DNA of 64,000 bases from Azolla caroliniana (Eukaryota > Plantae > Polypodiophyta), in assembly GCA_043228905.1 (NCBI GenBank), contig JBHGNT010000010.1, positions 3,348,001 to 3,412,000 of the forward strand. The letters run 5' to 3'. The notes under the pieces were generated by a model. That model saw nothing but the letters and a program-made list of their open reading frames with translations. It made no database searches and was not told the DNA's origin. How positions within the stretch are numbered: position 1 is the stretch's first letter; each line of letters begins with the position of its first letter. Made by a program: the position numbers and the translations under genes. This document shows, in pieces, positions 37,801 through 51,953 of this stretch.

Positions 37801-39739
37801 AGCAGATTGGTTTAGATTTCCCTACCCATTGCAGTGGGGAATACCAGTCTTCCATTGGAAGTCAGCTTGTATTATGATTGTTGCATCTATTATTGCATCT
37901 ATTGACTCAGTAAGTCATTTATTACTAAGGTCATGTAAAGTACTATATATAGGGACTTCATCGTTGCTAATCTAGTCTTTGTTTTTTTCTTCTTCTTTTT
38001 TCAGGTTGGATCATATCATGCCTCATCCTTACTTGTGGCAACAAGAGCTCCAACTCCTGGTGTTGTGAGCAGGGGGATTGGGCTAGAAGGACTTATGAGT
38101 GTTTTGGCAGGATTGTGGGGTATTGGCACGGGTGCAACTACCCTCACAGAAAATGTACATACAATAGCAGTAACGAAAATGGGGAGTCGGCGTGCTGTTG
38201 AGTTTGGGGCCTGTGTACTCATTCTAATGTCTCTTGTTGGTAAGGATTATGAACTGCAGCTTCCTCGGCTTTTTAAAAGCTGTAGTTTATGTTGCTCAAA
38301 TCTACACTATAGGCTATTTATTTTCATTTCCACAATTTGAAGTTCTTTGATTCTTTTAAGATGAAGCCTATATATCAATTGTTCATTCTCTTATAAGCGT
38401 TTTTAATTTTGCGAATTAAAGGAGTCAAGATTTAATATGTCAGATAAGATAAGATAATTCAGAACATTTATGAAGGTTCGCAACAATAGAATTGTTCGAG
38501 ATTGTGAATCTATAACTGGTTGCAGCCAAGCCAAGAATAAAAATTGAGAATCATGAACACTGCCATATTATTAGGGTACTGAAAATCAAATATAACTGTA
38601 TAAGTGAGGGTATTGAATAAGTAATCAAAACTTTGAATATTTGAAGATATTCTATCTATGTTGTAGGATGTATTCATTTGAAACAACTCTCCATTTTTTC
38701 TGATAGAATTTTATGCCTGAATATGATTATGAAAATTTACAGGTAAGATCGGTGCCTTCATTGCATCAATACCTCAAGTGATTGTGGCAGCCCTTCTATG
38801 TGTTATGTGGTCAATGCTCGCGGCTTTTGGTTTATCAAACCTTAGATATAGTGAAACTGGAAGCTCACGGAATGTCATAATAGTGGGATTGTCCCTTTTC
38901 CTATCGCTCTCAGTTCCTGCGTATTTTCAGCATTATACTTCTGGTTCTATACCTGCTACAGTGGCAAGCTATTTTCAGCCGTATACTGTTGCAGCACATG
39001 GTCCTGTGAAAACTGGCATAGAAGCGGTATGTATAAATAGGCCACTGTACTGTGTTCATGTATATTGAGTTCAAGAGTTTGTGTTCATTTTCTCATAGTA
39101 TTTATAAACTACACAATACAAAATTACACTATTTCATATAATTGCGATTGATTTGAAATATTAATTTTATGTGGCAAAATCAGTGTTCCATATATGAGAG
39201 TATACTCAAATTTTTTGACTTATCTATCTCTCACTCTCTCTATATAGGTATAAATACATGATAAGGTTCCTGGCTGTCTATGTAATGGTATAAGTTTGAA
39301 TTTGACTGATACAAATGTAGGGACAAAATTTTGAACTCAATCCTGTTCCTTGTAAACATTTTGAATATTTCAAAAGGAGTCTAGCAACTAGTGCCAAAAC
39401 CAACGTGTGTTCGTGAACGTTAAATATTTTGTTTTAACATTATGTGGCATCATACTAGTAAAGGAACCTTTTCTTTTTGTTTGGCCCTAATAACTAGTTC
39501 ATTTTATTTATATGCAGGTTGATTTTGTCCTGAACTCAATCTTGTCCATGAACATGGTGATAGCTTTTCTGGTTGCATTTGTTCTTGATAACACTGTGCC
39601 CGGTAGTCGACAAGAACGGGGCACCTATGTGTGGACTAAACCAAGCACAGCGAGAAGAGAGCCAGATGTAATGAAAGACTATGGTTTACCTCCTCGAGTT
39701 GCAAATCTCTTTGTTTGGGCAAGATGGGTTGGGCTTTGA
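34872..39739 (+). CDS. NAT12: Nucleobase-ascorbate transporter, NAT11/NAT12 clade (~715 aa, 10 exons)
   Basis: GT-AG exons 34872-35433, 36054-36151, 36265-36435, 36546-36646, 36742-36877, 37013-37063, 37622-37909, 38005-38239, 38743-39026, 39518-39739 total 2148 nt in frame. Motifs SWARRTGF, YGIQHYLS, GSRLPLIQG, NAT signature TENVHTIAVTKMGSRR, LDNTVPGSRQERG. Confidence 0.93.
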
Positions 39740-42406
39740 GCATATAAAGAGTCCAACTATTTTTGGAACAATGGGTTGCACCATTACTCGACCCTGATAT
39801 CAAAAGCGTCAAGAATTACTTCGCCCCCTCTCTCCTAAGTTCTAACTGACCTTTTCAGAAGGTATAATATCATTCTTTATTCTTTTTGCGCATGGAATAT
39901 CCATTGAGAAATGAAGCTTTCCCAAAATATAAGAAATGATGGGAACTATATTATTACTGTTAAATTACCGAGGGCAAGTTTGTGGAAAACCCGTTGACAC
40001 TCGGTAGATGTGTGAAGGCTTTGAGTGCCTTCTCTACTCTCATGGATATTTCCTTACTTTAATACAAGCTCTAATTGGATTGATGTCATGGGTTGTGCAG
40101 AAGGTGTTATAATCTTGTTGCATTGAAGGGATATATGTAACTCTCTGCATGGTCAAATGTACAATTATTTGCTGATGGATTCTTTCAAGCTTATATTGAC
40201 TGAATTCCAGTCATCTTTGCAAAACCTTTTATGTAGCCTCTAGACCACCAAATCTCAGACTCTTTGGTTTGCTGGACTAATCAAATTTTTTTCAAACATC
40301 GGCTAAATTCTTATATGCGCATTAAGTTTTAGACACTCCATTTTTCACATAAATGTGGCACATTTGCAATAGGATAATTTTTTGTTTGTGAATTAGTTTG
40401 TGTAGTGACAGTGTTGTATGCATTGATTATAGTTTTTGGAATGTCAGAATGTTGGTAATAATTTCTGTTAGACCCAAGAGGGAGTTGTAGAACACATGAT
40501 AAATTTTGAATCTATCATAATCTTGGGATTTAGGGCCATTGCATGATCAGTTAAGTGCAGATAGACTCCATAAACACATGGCTCAGCCTTGAGTAAGCGT
40601 GTATGATTGTCTTTTCACCACACACACAAAGGCATGCAATGGAGGTCACTTGAAAGATGCACCTATGCACAAATATGGCACTTACTCCCTCTTGATAAAT
40701 ACAAAATGTAAGGGAACATATTTTGTGATCTCTGGTAGTGTAAGTTATGCCTGAACATATAGCATTGAGCTTTTAGATGCCCTACATTCGTATATAATCT
40801 TTGCATGTCATGGTTATGCATATTCACTTGGATACAATTGAACACTTGAACTCATGCTACAATTGAACACTTGAGCTCAATTGGATTAAAGCAAAGAAAG
40901 AAAAAGAAACTTGAGAGAGAAACCTTATCCTACGCATCCGCTTTTCTGATCTAGCAATTTCTCACTCCACCACACCCAATAAATGTTTGCCACCTATGAG
41001 TTGTTGTAGAGGGGATTTTGGACCTGCCCTAAAAGAAGATATTGTATAGAGGAGCCAACCTATTTTGAGCATTCAAAATCTTTGGTAGGAAAGATTTCGT
41101 TGTTAGAGATGTAGCATTGGACCTCTCGATTGTAATAATTCACGTATGTCTTTTTGTAGCATGAAGAACTCGCTAGGTGGTCTTCGTATACCAATGAAAT
41201 AACTTTGTATTGCATCAAGAGCTAGTAACAATCAATGTGTTGAAGTAGGGAATACCACATTCCTCATCAACAAACATCTCTAGTAAAGTCTATTCAATTT
41301 CACTACAGGTTCTCTCCACGTTACATATTATTTCCCAAATTACACCATCATTGTCATCCTTTGAATGAGCTTATCCACTTTCTTGTTCTTATTATAAGAT
41401 CTCCTTCAAATCCTTTGCTTCTATCATGTAGTAAACATATAAATTTGTGGGCTAGATCTTCGTTTACAATGTTAAAAACTTATGATTCTTGTTGAGCCAC
41501 ATTGCCCATAAAATGTCTCAATCATATATTTGCCAATTATGGGGAGATACGTCATTAGCTTCCTTTAAAATGCTTCATTTCTAAGTGAAAGGCATGGTAT
41601 GCAAGAATGCATATACTCTTGGCAAATTTCTTAAAGATTTTCTTTTCTATCAGCATGCGTGGAAGAGATGGAGAACAATTTCTACTACTACCTCACACCT
41701 AGAATGAATGTGATATATTTTTGAAGCCTTGGTAGTCTAATGTCTGATTTGTTTGTAGACAATCGAACAAAGCGAGACACACGATTATATAGTACTTGTT
41801 TGGGGGGCATAATGAGCACTAATTTTGTGTGAATCCGCTATTCAATTAGTGAGCAACAAAGCATGTGCCTTCCAATAAGGGTAGTGATGGGACTTGATTG
41901 ACTTTTTCTCGTGGTACAACTAGGGCATTTATGGGCAAGGGGTTCCAGTGACATGCATAGTGATGAAATTTGCGTCTATAGGTTGGTTAGGCCATAACAC
42001 ATATGAACCTCATATGGCCCTGTTTAGGTCATGGAATTTCATATTATGATAGATCACCCCAAGTTTAGACAAATTAGGTGAATTTGGTTGTTAACTTAAT
42101 ATCGAGTTAAACAATGTATCTTGTATTAGTTTAGGCTAATGGTAGGTTATTAAGGCTTTTTAAGAAAAGGTCTTAGGTTCGAATCCTAAGCTTTGCAACT
42201 AAATCTCTTCCTAGTGTATACAAAAGAAAGGCTTCTCTTCAGTTTCAAAGTGCATACATATACATATATGCAGGCTATGGCGGGAAAGCTTCCTTCTGCA
42301 ACACACTAGCCATGGAAGCTTGAACATCCCCATTCTCTCTCTCTCTCTCTCTCTCTCTTTGTTTTTTCCCTTCCTTCCTTCCTTCCTTCCTTCTGTTTCC
42401 CTCGCC

Positions 42407-45400
42407 ATGACCGCTTCTCTCACGCCAAACGCCATCATCGCTCTGAACAGTGGAGAGGTAGAGCTTCGACCGCTTCTCCAGGTCCTCGATGTGAAGCAGA
42501 TCGGCACCGGACAGAGCGTCCAAGAACGATATAGGCTTGTTCTCTCTGATGGGAACTATGTCCAACAAGCTATGCTCGCCACCCAGCTCAATGAATTTGT
42601 TAAGTCCGGGGAGGTTCAGAAAGGATCCATCGTTCAGCTTACAGAATACATCTGCAATACTGTTCAACAACGCAAGTAAGTCTAGATGATCTCTTCATCG
42701 TTTCTGGTATTTTCCCTCTTCCTCTAGAGGTTTCTTGATATATGCGTCTAGGGTTTTATTTTAAATGGACTTTTTTGTGATCAATGTAAGCTTCACATCT
42801 GAATTTCCCCCTTTATCCAGATATTTCTCGCCACCTGAGAATATATCTCGATTTTTTTGATATAGAGATTCTCTATGTCGACTTGTATGTTCGTTTTCTG
42901 AAGATGTTTCCCCTAGAAATTTCTCTCAGGCGTTACACTATGTCAAGGTTTTTAGGGGATTTCTGTTTTGAATCTAAGATTCATTTCTTTTATTGTTTTC
43001 CATTTCCAAGACATTTTGTTGTCTCACCATATGTTTTAGGGTTTAATGATTAAGGTATTCTCTGTGTTTAAGTTTCATACCCGCTGTTTTTTTGTAAAAG
43101 AGCGTTGTTTGTTGTCTCTGGAAATCGTTGATGATGTAGAGTCTTCTTCTGTGCTTCTTCACCAATTTTTTGCAAATACACAGACTGCAAATTTGGTTGT
43201 GTTAGGATGATCTCAAAAGTTGTACATGTATCTGTAAGTTCCAGGGTGTTTTAAATTCCTATCCTGTTACAATCTATATTTATTTCCTGCAAAGATGATG
43301 ATACCGGAAAAACCATGATCTGCTGTGGGGTAAGCTGGACTAATTTTGCTACAAAAAGAAAGCAACAGCATCCACAATAACTTCATAGTTTAGGATTGTT
43401 GGAGAGACTTTGGTATTTTAAGTGTTGTGCATTACAAGATTCAGTCTTGATATATTTTCAATATCCATTCTGTTAAAAATGTAGATGATATTTTGATCAG
43501 TATCCATCTCTTCTTGTTTCTTATTTGTTTAAGAACCTGAATAAATTTCTTCGTTGGTGTCACTAATCACAAGGTCCAGGCGTTATATGTTTGTATCCCT
43601 ATTGTAACCTAGATAGATTTTTTGGCCATTTTTATTCTGTACTCATTTCCAACTTAGATCCATGCCTTGATCAGTATAATGCTTTAGAAATTCCAGGATC
43701 TTGTAAGAGGTCAACCTACTAGCATGTCTTCATTGGTGTCATATTAATTTTTGCAGGTTCTTGGGTTCATAGGTTTGCATTCCTATTAGAACCTACCTCC
43801 TGTCTTTGTCAACGACATTCTGTGCAAGCTCTAGGATTTATATGTTTCTAATCTTGTTAGAAGCTTAGATCCATGCCTGGCATTCTTTTCAAGCTCTGGG
43901 ATTTATAGCTTTATCTTCCTATTGGAACCTAGGTCCATGTCTTTGTCAATGATCTTTGCAAGTTGTAGGACTAATCGTTTTCCGAATTTGTTAGAACTAT
44001 AGATTCATCTGTTGTTCCATGATATTCTTTGCAAGTTGTAGAACCTAGGTCAATATCTTTGTCAATGTTGTTTTTGTTTCAAATCTCCTTCTATTTAAAT
44101 CTGAAATTAAAGTCAGGATTCGCGCTTGTCAGCGAATCATTAAATCTGAAAAATCCTTATTTACACGCAGGATTATTATTGTGCTCAACATGGTTGTAGT
44201 GGCATCAGTATCGGAAATTATTGGTGATCCCAAACAAGTGATAATGAATGATCAAACGCTAAGTGCTGCAGCTTCAGCAGCTGGATTACAACAACAAAAG
44301 CCTTCAGTGCAAGTTCCATTACAACCACAACCTCCACAAGCCCAGCTACAGCAACCTCAAACATATGGTAGTGTTTCTAGTGGGGGTTATAAGGTTCCTC
44401 AAGTGCAAAATGCTCAGCAAGAAAATGGAATGTATAACAAAGATGGAGTTCGTCCCCCTTATACACCTAGTACAAAGCCTTTGCAACCTACTGGATACCA
44501 AGGTCAAGGATATGGCTCTATAGGAGGGAACGTTCCTCCTAGTGTAGGTGGAACAAATTCAAATATTCCAGTTAGTTCATATGGAAAACCAATGGTGGCT
44601 CCCTCTTCTTACCAACCATCCCCTCTGTATTCCAATCATGGTCCAATTGTCAAGAATGAAGCCGCAGCTAGAATTGTGCCTATTGCGGCCTTAAATCCTT
44701 ACCAAGGTAGATGGACCATTAAGGCTCGAGTTACATCTAAAGGTGACCTCCGTAGATACCATAATGCCAAAGGTGAAGGTAAAGTCTTTAGCTTTGATTT
44801 GTTAGATGCTGATGGTGGTGAAATTCGTGCCACTTGTTTCAACACAGTGGCTGATCAGTTTTATGAACGGATCGAAGCTGGAAATGTGTATATGATCTCC
44901 AAAGGCTCCCTTAAACCTGCCCAGAAGAACTTCAATCATTTGAAGAATGATTGGGAGATTTTTTTGGAGAGTTCATCAACTATAGAACGATGTTCTGAGG
45001 AAGATGGCTCTATACCCCAACAGCAATTTGCTTTTGTGTCGATAAGTGAGATTGAAAACATGGAAGCAAATGCTATGGTAGATGTCGTTGGAGTAGTTGT
45101 GACCATCAACCCCTCTACTACAGTGATGAGGAAAACTGGGACAGAAGTTCAAAGGAGAGCTCTTCAGCTTCGGGATATGTCTGGTTGTAGTGTGGAAGTA
45201 ACGATGTGGGGAGCCTTCTGCAGTAATGAAGGCCAACAATTGCAAGATTTGTGTGATTCTGGTAATATCCCTGTCCTTGCAATTAAAGGAGGACGTCTCT
45301 CTGATTTTGGTGGTAAAAGCATTGGTACTGTATCATCCACGCAACTACAAGTCAACCCAAATCTTCCTCAAGCACATCAGGTTAAGGATTGGTTTGAGAA

Positions 45401-46445
45401 AATTGGTAAAAGCACTGCACCGCTTTCCATCTCCAAAGAAGGAGGTGGAAGTGTACCCCGAAGTGACATGAGGAAAACTATTTCACAAATAAAGGATGAA
45501 GGACTAGGCCGATCAGATAAACCTGATTGGATTGCTTTAAGAGCCACCATCTCCTTCATTAGGACTGAAAATTTCTGCTATACTGCTTGTCCTCTTCCTG
45601 TTGGTGATCGCCAATGCAACAAGAAGGTCATCAATAATGGTGACGGGACATGGAGATGTGATCGATGTGATAGAGCTATTGCAGAATGTGATTACAGGTA
45701 TCTTCTTTCTGTTCAGGTCCAGGATCACACTGGAGTGACTTGGATAACTGCTTTTCAAGAGGCTGGTGAGGAGATTATTGGTGTCTCAGCAAAAGAACTT
45801 TACATGTGGAAACAAGATGAAGATCCTAGATATAGAGATGTGATCCAGAAGCTGCTTTTCTCTCAGTATTTGTTTAAACTGAAAGTGAAAGAAGAAAACT
45901 ATAATGATGAGTTGCGTGTCAAATGCACAGCTGTGAAATCAGAAAAACTAGATTATGCATCAGAAAACAAAGTGCTGATTGATATGATAGGGAGAATTGC
46001 AAGAGGGGAATCAATATCCGGATCTACTTCAGGTGGCTCACATATGGCATCAAACTATGGAGGAGGTTACGCAAATATTGCAAATAACAGCAATGGAGGA
46101 TTTGCAAATGGAACATCTTACAATCAAGGGAATGGAGGTTATGGCAATAGCATGCCTATTATGAATAACCATAACAATAGATTTGGTTCAAGAAATTTTG
46201 CAGATGAGAAGCCAATGGTTCAGAATGCTAGTAATTATGGTAGTGGATTCAATGGTGGTGCTGGTTCAGGGGGGTCTGCAAACCCTTGTTTCAAATGTGG
46301 TCAAGGTGGGCATTGGGCGAGAGATTGTCCTGGCCAAGGTTCAGTTGCTAGTAATGGTTATGGTGGCAATGGGAACTATGGTAACATGGGCTATGGTGGT
46401 GTTACAAGTTATGGTGGAAATGCAGGGTTTGGAAGAGGATTTTGA
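42407..46445 (+). CDS. RPA1: Replication protein A 70-kDa subunit, RPA1A/C/E-type with Gly-rich tail and CCHC knuckle (~847 aa, 2 exons)
   Basis: Exons 42407-42675 and 44171-46445 total 2544 nt. DBD-F (ERYRLVLSDG..QAMLATQLN), DBD-A (PIAALNPYQGRWTIKARVT), DBD-B, DBD-C with a C4 zinc motif, and tail CFKCGQGGHWARDC. Confidence 0.95.
43600..44070 (+). repeat. Degenerate ~65-70 bp minisatellite in the RPA1 intron
   Basis: Recurring AGAACCTAGGTCCATGTCTTTGTCAA...TTTGCAAG..TAGGA units. Confidence 0.6.
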
Positions 46446-48473
46446 TGAATTTTCCTTGATTGGTTTTTACATAATGCTTTGCTTGAACATAAGTCTCTAT
46501 ACTTCTCATCTCAGTTCTTTCACTCAAAGAAGTATTTATGTTAATGTAATCGTACATATTTATGTCAGCATCAGTGTATAAACACAGGTTTTGGTAAGCT
46601 CTTTTTATGCCTTGCTACAAAGAGACGAATTTCATGAAGAAATCTCTGTGTAGTTTGTGGTCATGTTCAAAGAAATATTCCCCTGCATGTCATGATCACT
46701 TCAGCAAAGAAAGATGCAACACATAACATTGTACTATGCATACAATCTGATCTCATGTTTGAAATTATATCAACATTTCCTAATCTTGTCCCTTCAAAAA
46801 TGTTGCATCCCAATTATCTTGTAGATCCTTATCCTTACAAGCTTTGTCGAATTGATGACAATTATTAAAGGTATATTTTATTATGCAATGTCTCTTGTAG
46901 GCTTGGGTAGACACGGGCGGTGCCTATCTCACCAATGTTGGGCTTCGATTGATGTTTACATATTAATGATTAATATATTTCTCAATGGTTAACAGTCCAC
47001 TTCCTAGTATTAGAACTTGTGCAAGTGAGTTTGTACCACAAGCAAAACACTAATGTATGATGACTAAGGCTAACACAAGAAAGAGATGAGGGTTCAAGAT
47101 CTTGTTTATTTCTTGTTTACTCTACCTCCAGCTAACAATTGAATAGCTGAGGTTTATTATCCAACTGCAAGCCTTTCAATTTGTCAATCAATGTAGGGTG
47201 TCATCCAAATGTTGTGCAATGGCTTGCTGTAATGATTGAATTTCATATATGTAAAACAGGTGTATGTTAGCCCTGGTTGACACATTACATCATGAAGGAT
47301 AGACATAATAGAAAGACAACACGAAATCAAGAGAGTAATGAATCTACTATGAAAGGTGAGGTAGTTGAAAGAAAAGATCTGACATCACTTAGGGAGGGCT
47401 TAGAATGGAAAGGAAAAACAAAAAAATAATCTCTTGTGCAACAAAGAGACCTCAAATTTGGGAACAGCCATTACGAAAACCAAGATTTGTGCCTATTGAC
47501 ATTGACTTTTGTAGGTAGAATAGAGTAATCAATAGATTGGTACATAATATAGATGCTATTCAAATCATTCTTCAATACAATCACTTGAATCCATGTCCAT
47601 GATAAAAACAACCAATGATACACATGGGTTCCATTTCATCCTTGGACTTGCAAATCTCATAATGAACCATTCTTTCATTTGTTCGAAATCATTTAGCATT
47701 TCACTAGTGAGAGTGTGGAACCAAACTATGAGTTGATAATCTAATGTGTTAACTTGAAGGCGGTGACACTTGTCATGTGGGTTACAAACTTACAAGCCTC
47801 ATAAGCCATGGAAAATTGTTTGAAGTGCTCGACATGGTCATAAGTATCTCAATAACTGACAACGTTTTGGGGCAAACTTGTCGATTTGTGTCGATTTACT
47901 ATTGTTATTAGTTGGTCGGCGTGCAAGCCGATGAAGCCATGTTGGTTGCTTTTCCTTCTCCATACGGGAAATCAATGTTTTTTGATAGATGAAATCGTTG
48001 CCACCAACTTTGAATCTGGTGTATGGCACTCGCTAATTGAAAGGATTGTTTTTGTTTTTGTTGTTGTCAATATCCTCTAACGGACTCTTTGGCTGGGGAG
48101 CCAAATGAGAACCCGAAATATCGAGAACCGATGATAGGTGGAAGCGAATCATTGGACGGGGGGAAAACCAGATATGTAACGATACGGGGCAGGCGGACAC
48201 GGGTGTGCGAATTTGTGCGCGTCACAAGCCAGACATGAAAAGAAAGAAGAAAGAAGACAAGGAAGACAAGGAAGATATGTATACATATAGATATATAGAT
48301 ATAGATATATATAAATATAAATTATAATGAGCTATGTATATATATATATCCGGTCGTGGGTTCGAATCCAGTTGGGGCTCACAATTCCCTGAGCCCCTCT
48401 TCTTCTGTGTGTCTCTCTGTTCCTTCTTCTTCTTTCTTCTTTCTTTCCTTGGAAAGACGACAGAAGAAGAAGT

Positions 48474-51400
48474 ATGAAACGGCGGGTGCCCCCTGAGTTA
48501 GAGGGCCCTGTTCGCCTCTTGGATGATGGCTGCCTCGTCCGCATCTTCAGCTTCCTCTCCCCTCTGCCAGGTTAAGCTCTTTCACCCCCATTTCTGTTTT
48601 GCGTCTGCTTTCTTCGATCTCTGGTTTTCTATCTTGTCTACATGAAATCAGAACATCGGTAACGTAGAATTGTTTGCTTCTCTAGGGTTTACCACGAATT
48701 CTAAACGTATGGATGTTCACATGAAATCAGAACATCGGTAGCATAGCATTGTTTGCTTCTCTAGGGTTACTACGAATCCTAGTTATCCGTGCTCTCTATC
48801 TCTTTTTTTTGGCATAAGAATCAACCATACAGGTAAAATCTACACGAACTGACATTTTGGGCCTTTAGACTAAGTTTACACCATCACATCATAACCCTAG
48901 ATTTCTCAGTTCTCCTCTGGCAATCACTCATTCTGTCAATCAACTTTCTTCTTTGCACTAAGTTGAATTGCTATCCAAGAGTGCACCACCAAGGTCGCAA
49001 ATTTTCCCTGAAACCTGCATGAAATTGTAATAGACAGTGTATCTACCTTTTTGTTAAGATTAGGGCATCACAATAAACCCTTTATTTCTTTGTTTTATTG
49101 GCTATGAATAATTATGCAATTCAGTGTTCCTCTTATAGTAAATTGAAATACTGTTTTCAAATGAACATGCTAGCAAAGTCACAAATTTTTGCTGGAATCT
49201 ACTCTAGCTTGTAATAGGTAGGTATGTATACATCTAATATTAGGGCATTGCAGAAAAACCAGACATACGTATTTGCCTTTGCACAATGAACAATTGCATA
49301 AATCAGCTTCTCCTACTGTATTAAGTCGAATTATATAATAATGCTTTAACAAGGTATCCTTTTTTTCCCTGAAATTCTATATAGGCCTGTATGTTAACGT
49401 CTTAGACGCGTCATTGTAAAGCTTAGATCTACTATTATTTAGTTTGGCATGACAACAGCCCATCAATGCAAGGATTTCTGCTTGAAATCTACGTGAATTG
49501 GTAATGTAGACATTTGTACTACATCATGATAAACCCTAGACCTCTGTGTTCTTTCTTTTAGCAATGACCAAGTATGCGAATCAGCGGTTCCTCTGGTACC
49601 AAGCTGAATTACTATGCATAAGAATGAGCCGACAAGGTGATGCTTTCACTGTGAAATCTATATGACTTGATGTATAAACCCTCATGCTACCCTTGGCGTA
49701 GGAAGGAATGAACCAGGTTTGCACTTGATAAAAGAGGTAGGTAGGAAGTTAAGCTTTGGGTGGAAGTAAATTTCTACCAATGAGATTTGCAGATCGGTTC
49801 AATGCGGCTCGGGTATGCAGGCGGTGGCATGGTCTTGCATTGGATAAACGGATGTGGCTCCATGTTGATGGATCAATTACGAGCTCGTCACTTCAACCTC
49901 ATGTTTTCAACACCATTCAAGATGCAGTTTTGGCAGCAAGGTTTTCTCTTAATGTTATATAACTTTTTTTTTTCTCTTTCAGAATTTATTACTATTGTTT
50001 TTTCTTTGAAATTAATATATTACAGGGTTTACAAATGGCTTTTGGATTATTTTTTTAACAGGCCAGGTGATACGATTCTAATTAGCTCTGGTATGACACA
50101 TTTAATCTCAAATGTTTGCGTTGACAAGCCCCTTTGTCTGGTATGATAAGGATTTATATTCCCAGAATTGTTGGTCTTGTCAAATTTCATTTAGTATTTA
50201 GTTAAAAGCATGTATTCTATCTACATACAAACAGTTGGGAGCAGGGCTATATCCAGAAGACACTTTATTAATGTGTCCACGGGGCTGCGACAGGTATGTG
50301 CCTTATATGTACTGTTGGGTTGCACTCATGCCATGGACTTTACTATTCTATGATCTATCATTTAATGCATGATTCTGTACAGTGACAACATTTAACATGG
50401 TTATAGACTTTTGTCCTCTCTTCTAGAGAATTGTATTATATTCAGGTTTAGGAATGCTTTACAAAGATCACAGATCATCAATTGTAGAAGCATTTTGATA
50501 TTACTGCATTGCCTTCGCTTTTACCAACATCCAATCTTCATAGGCATGAAGTAATGTTGATTGACATATTATGCATGCTTTCAAGTTGTTTCCGTTTACT
50601 ATAATCATCATTACTATTTCCTCCTATTTTGCATTTCCTCTCCTGTCATTTATGCAATCTCAGTGCATTTGCTCAGACTCTGGGTTTAGTCTTCATATGG
50701 AGAATATTATCAAATATTGTGAGTTATATTTCCTAACTTGTGTTTTGTTGTACAGTCTTTCAACGCATATTTTAGGATTACATTTTCATTTATTTTTTGA
50801 GTGGGTCATTTCATTGTGTGAAGCAAGTAAACATGCTTCCATGGTTTCCAATTGGCGAGAATTTGTTGAGACCATATCATAGAGTCCTTCCACCATTGAG
50901 TATATCACTAAAAAGAAGCATATTGAGAACTCTGTTATGCCTTGAAGTTTGTGTGGGCACTGAGATGAACTACAATGTTCATGTTGTGTAACCATGTGTA
51001 TCTACATCTGTGAACATTGTTTTTATCTGAAGAGCTTTTCCATAATATATAAATGACATGTGGCAGTCAGCTGGATGGATGAACTAATAATTGACATGGG
51101 CCTCATATTTCTCTATATACTTCCATAGAACAAGGTTTTGAGAATGGCAGCATTTCTACAGCTGTAACAATAGAGGTCACTTGAGTGTGTTTTCTTTTCA
51201 TGTAAAAACTACAATCCTACCAAGCAGAAATTCACTTGTGTGTTTTTGCAAGTAAAAACCACAGCCCTAACAAACAGAAACTCACTTGGATGGGTGAAGT
51301 AATAATTGTATAGAAATATAAGGGCATAATCTTTCTCTATATACTTCCATAGAACAAGGTTTTGAGGATGGCAGCATTTCTACAGCTGTAACAAGTATAG

Positions 51401-51953
51401 GTCACTTGCGTCGTTCTCTTGTCATTTAAAAACTACAATCCTACCAAGCAGAAACTCATTTATGTGTGTTTTTCATGTAAAAACTACAGCCCTAACAAAC
51501 AGAAACTCACTTTCTTAAATGTAATTTTGGTAAATGATAAAAAAATTACGAAACAGTGGTCTGGAGTTTCTGGCGAGCAGCCGGGTGGCGAATCTCACTG
51601 TAACAGCAGAGCTTGGGAATTGTTTGCTCCATAGGAAAGGCTCCTTAATTGTTGACGGGTGTGTTCTTAGATGTGGTGAACATCCATTGGAACATTTATC
51701 ATGCGCACTTGTAAGCACGGCCGATGAGGTCCCATGTTGCATAACAAAGAGAGAAAATGGAGTATCAGTCATAGAAACTAAGATTGAAGGTGGAAGAGAA
51801 GCTGTTCGCACAAACGGAAATTTAGTACTTCAAGGTGTTCGGGTTGTTTATGCGAGAGCAGCCCTTGTATTTTGGTTCAATGTATCAAAAAAATCATGCT
51901 TAGGCAACATTGATACCCCCTCCTCCATCCTTGTTAGGGGTGTAGCCAGCTAG
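48474..51953 (+). CDS. SKIP5: F-box protein SKIP5-like (~259 aa, 5 exons)
   Basis: Exons 48474-48570, 49793-49940, 50062-50140, 50235-50293, 51557-51953 total 780 nt in frame. LDDGCLVRIFSFLSPLPDRFNAARVCRRW (F-box), AARPGDTILI, ANLTVTAELGNCLLHRKG.L.VDGC.L.C..HPLEHLS, LVFWFNV. Confidence 0.9.
51107..51513 (+). repeat. ~223-bp-period tandem duplication in SKIP5 intron 4
   Basis: TTTCTCTATATACTTCCATAGAACAAGGTTTTGAG...CCCTAACAAACAGAAACTCACTT occurs at ~51108-51288 and ~51332-51512. Confidence 0.85.

Noticed and set aside
42130-42200. Possible tRNA gene
   Set aside because: Only the T-arm and an A-box-like motif are evident; there is no acceptor or anticodon stem, so it is not called as a tRNA.
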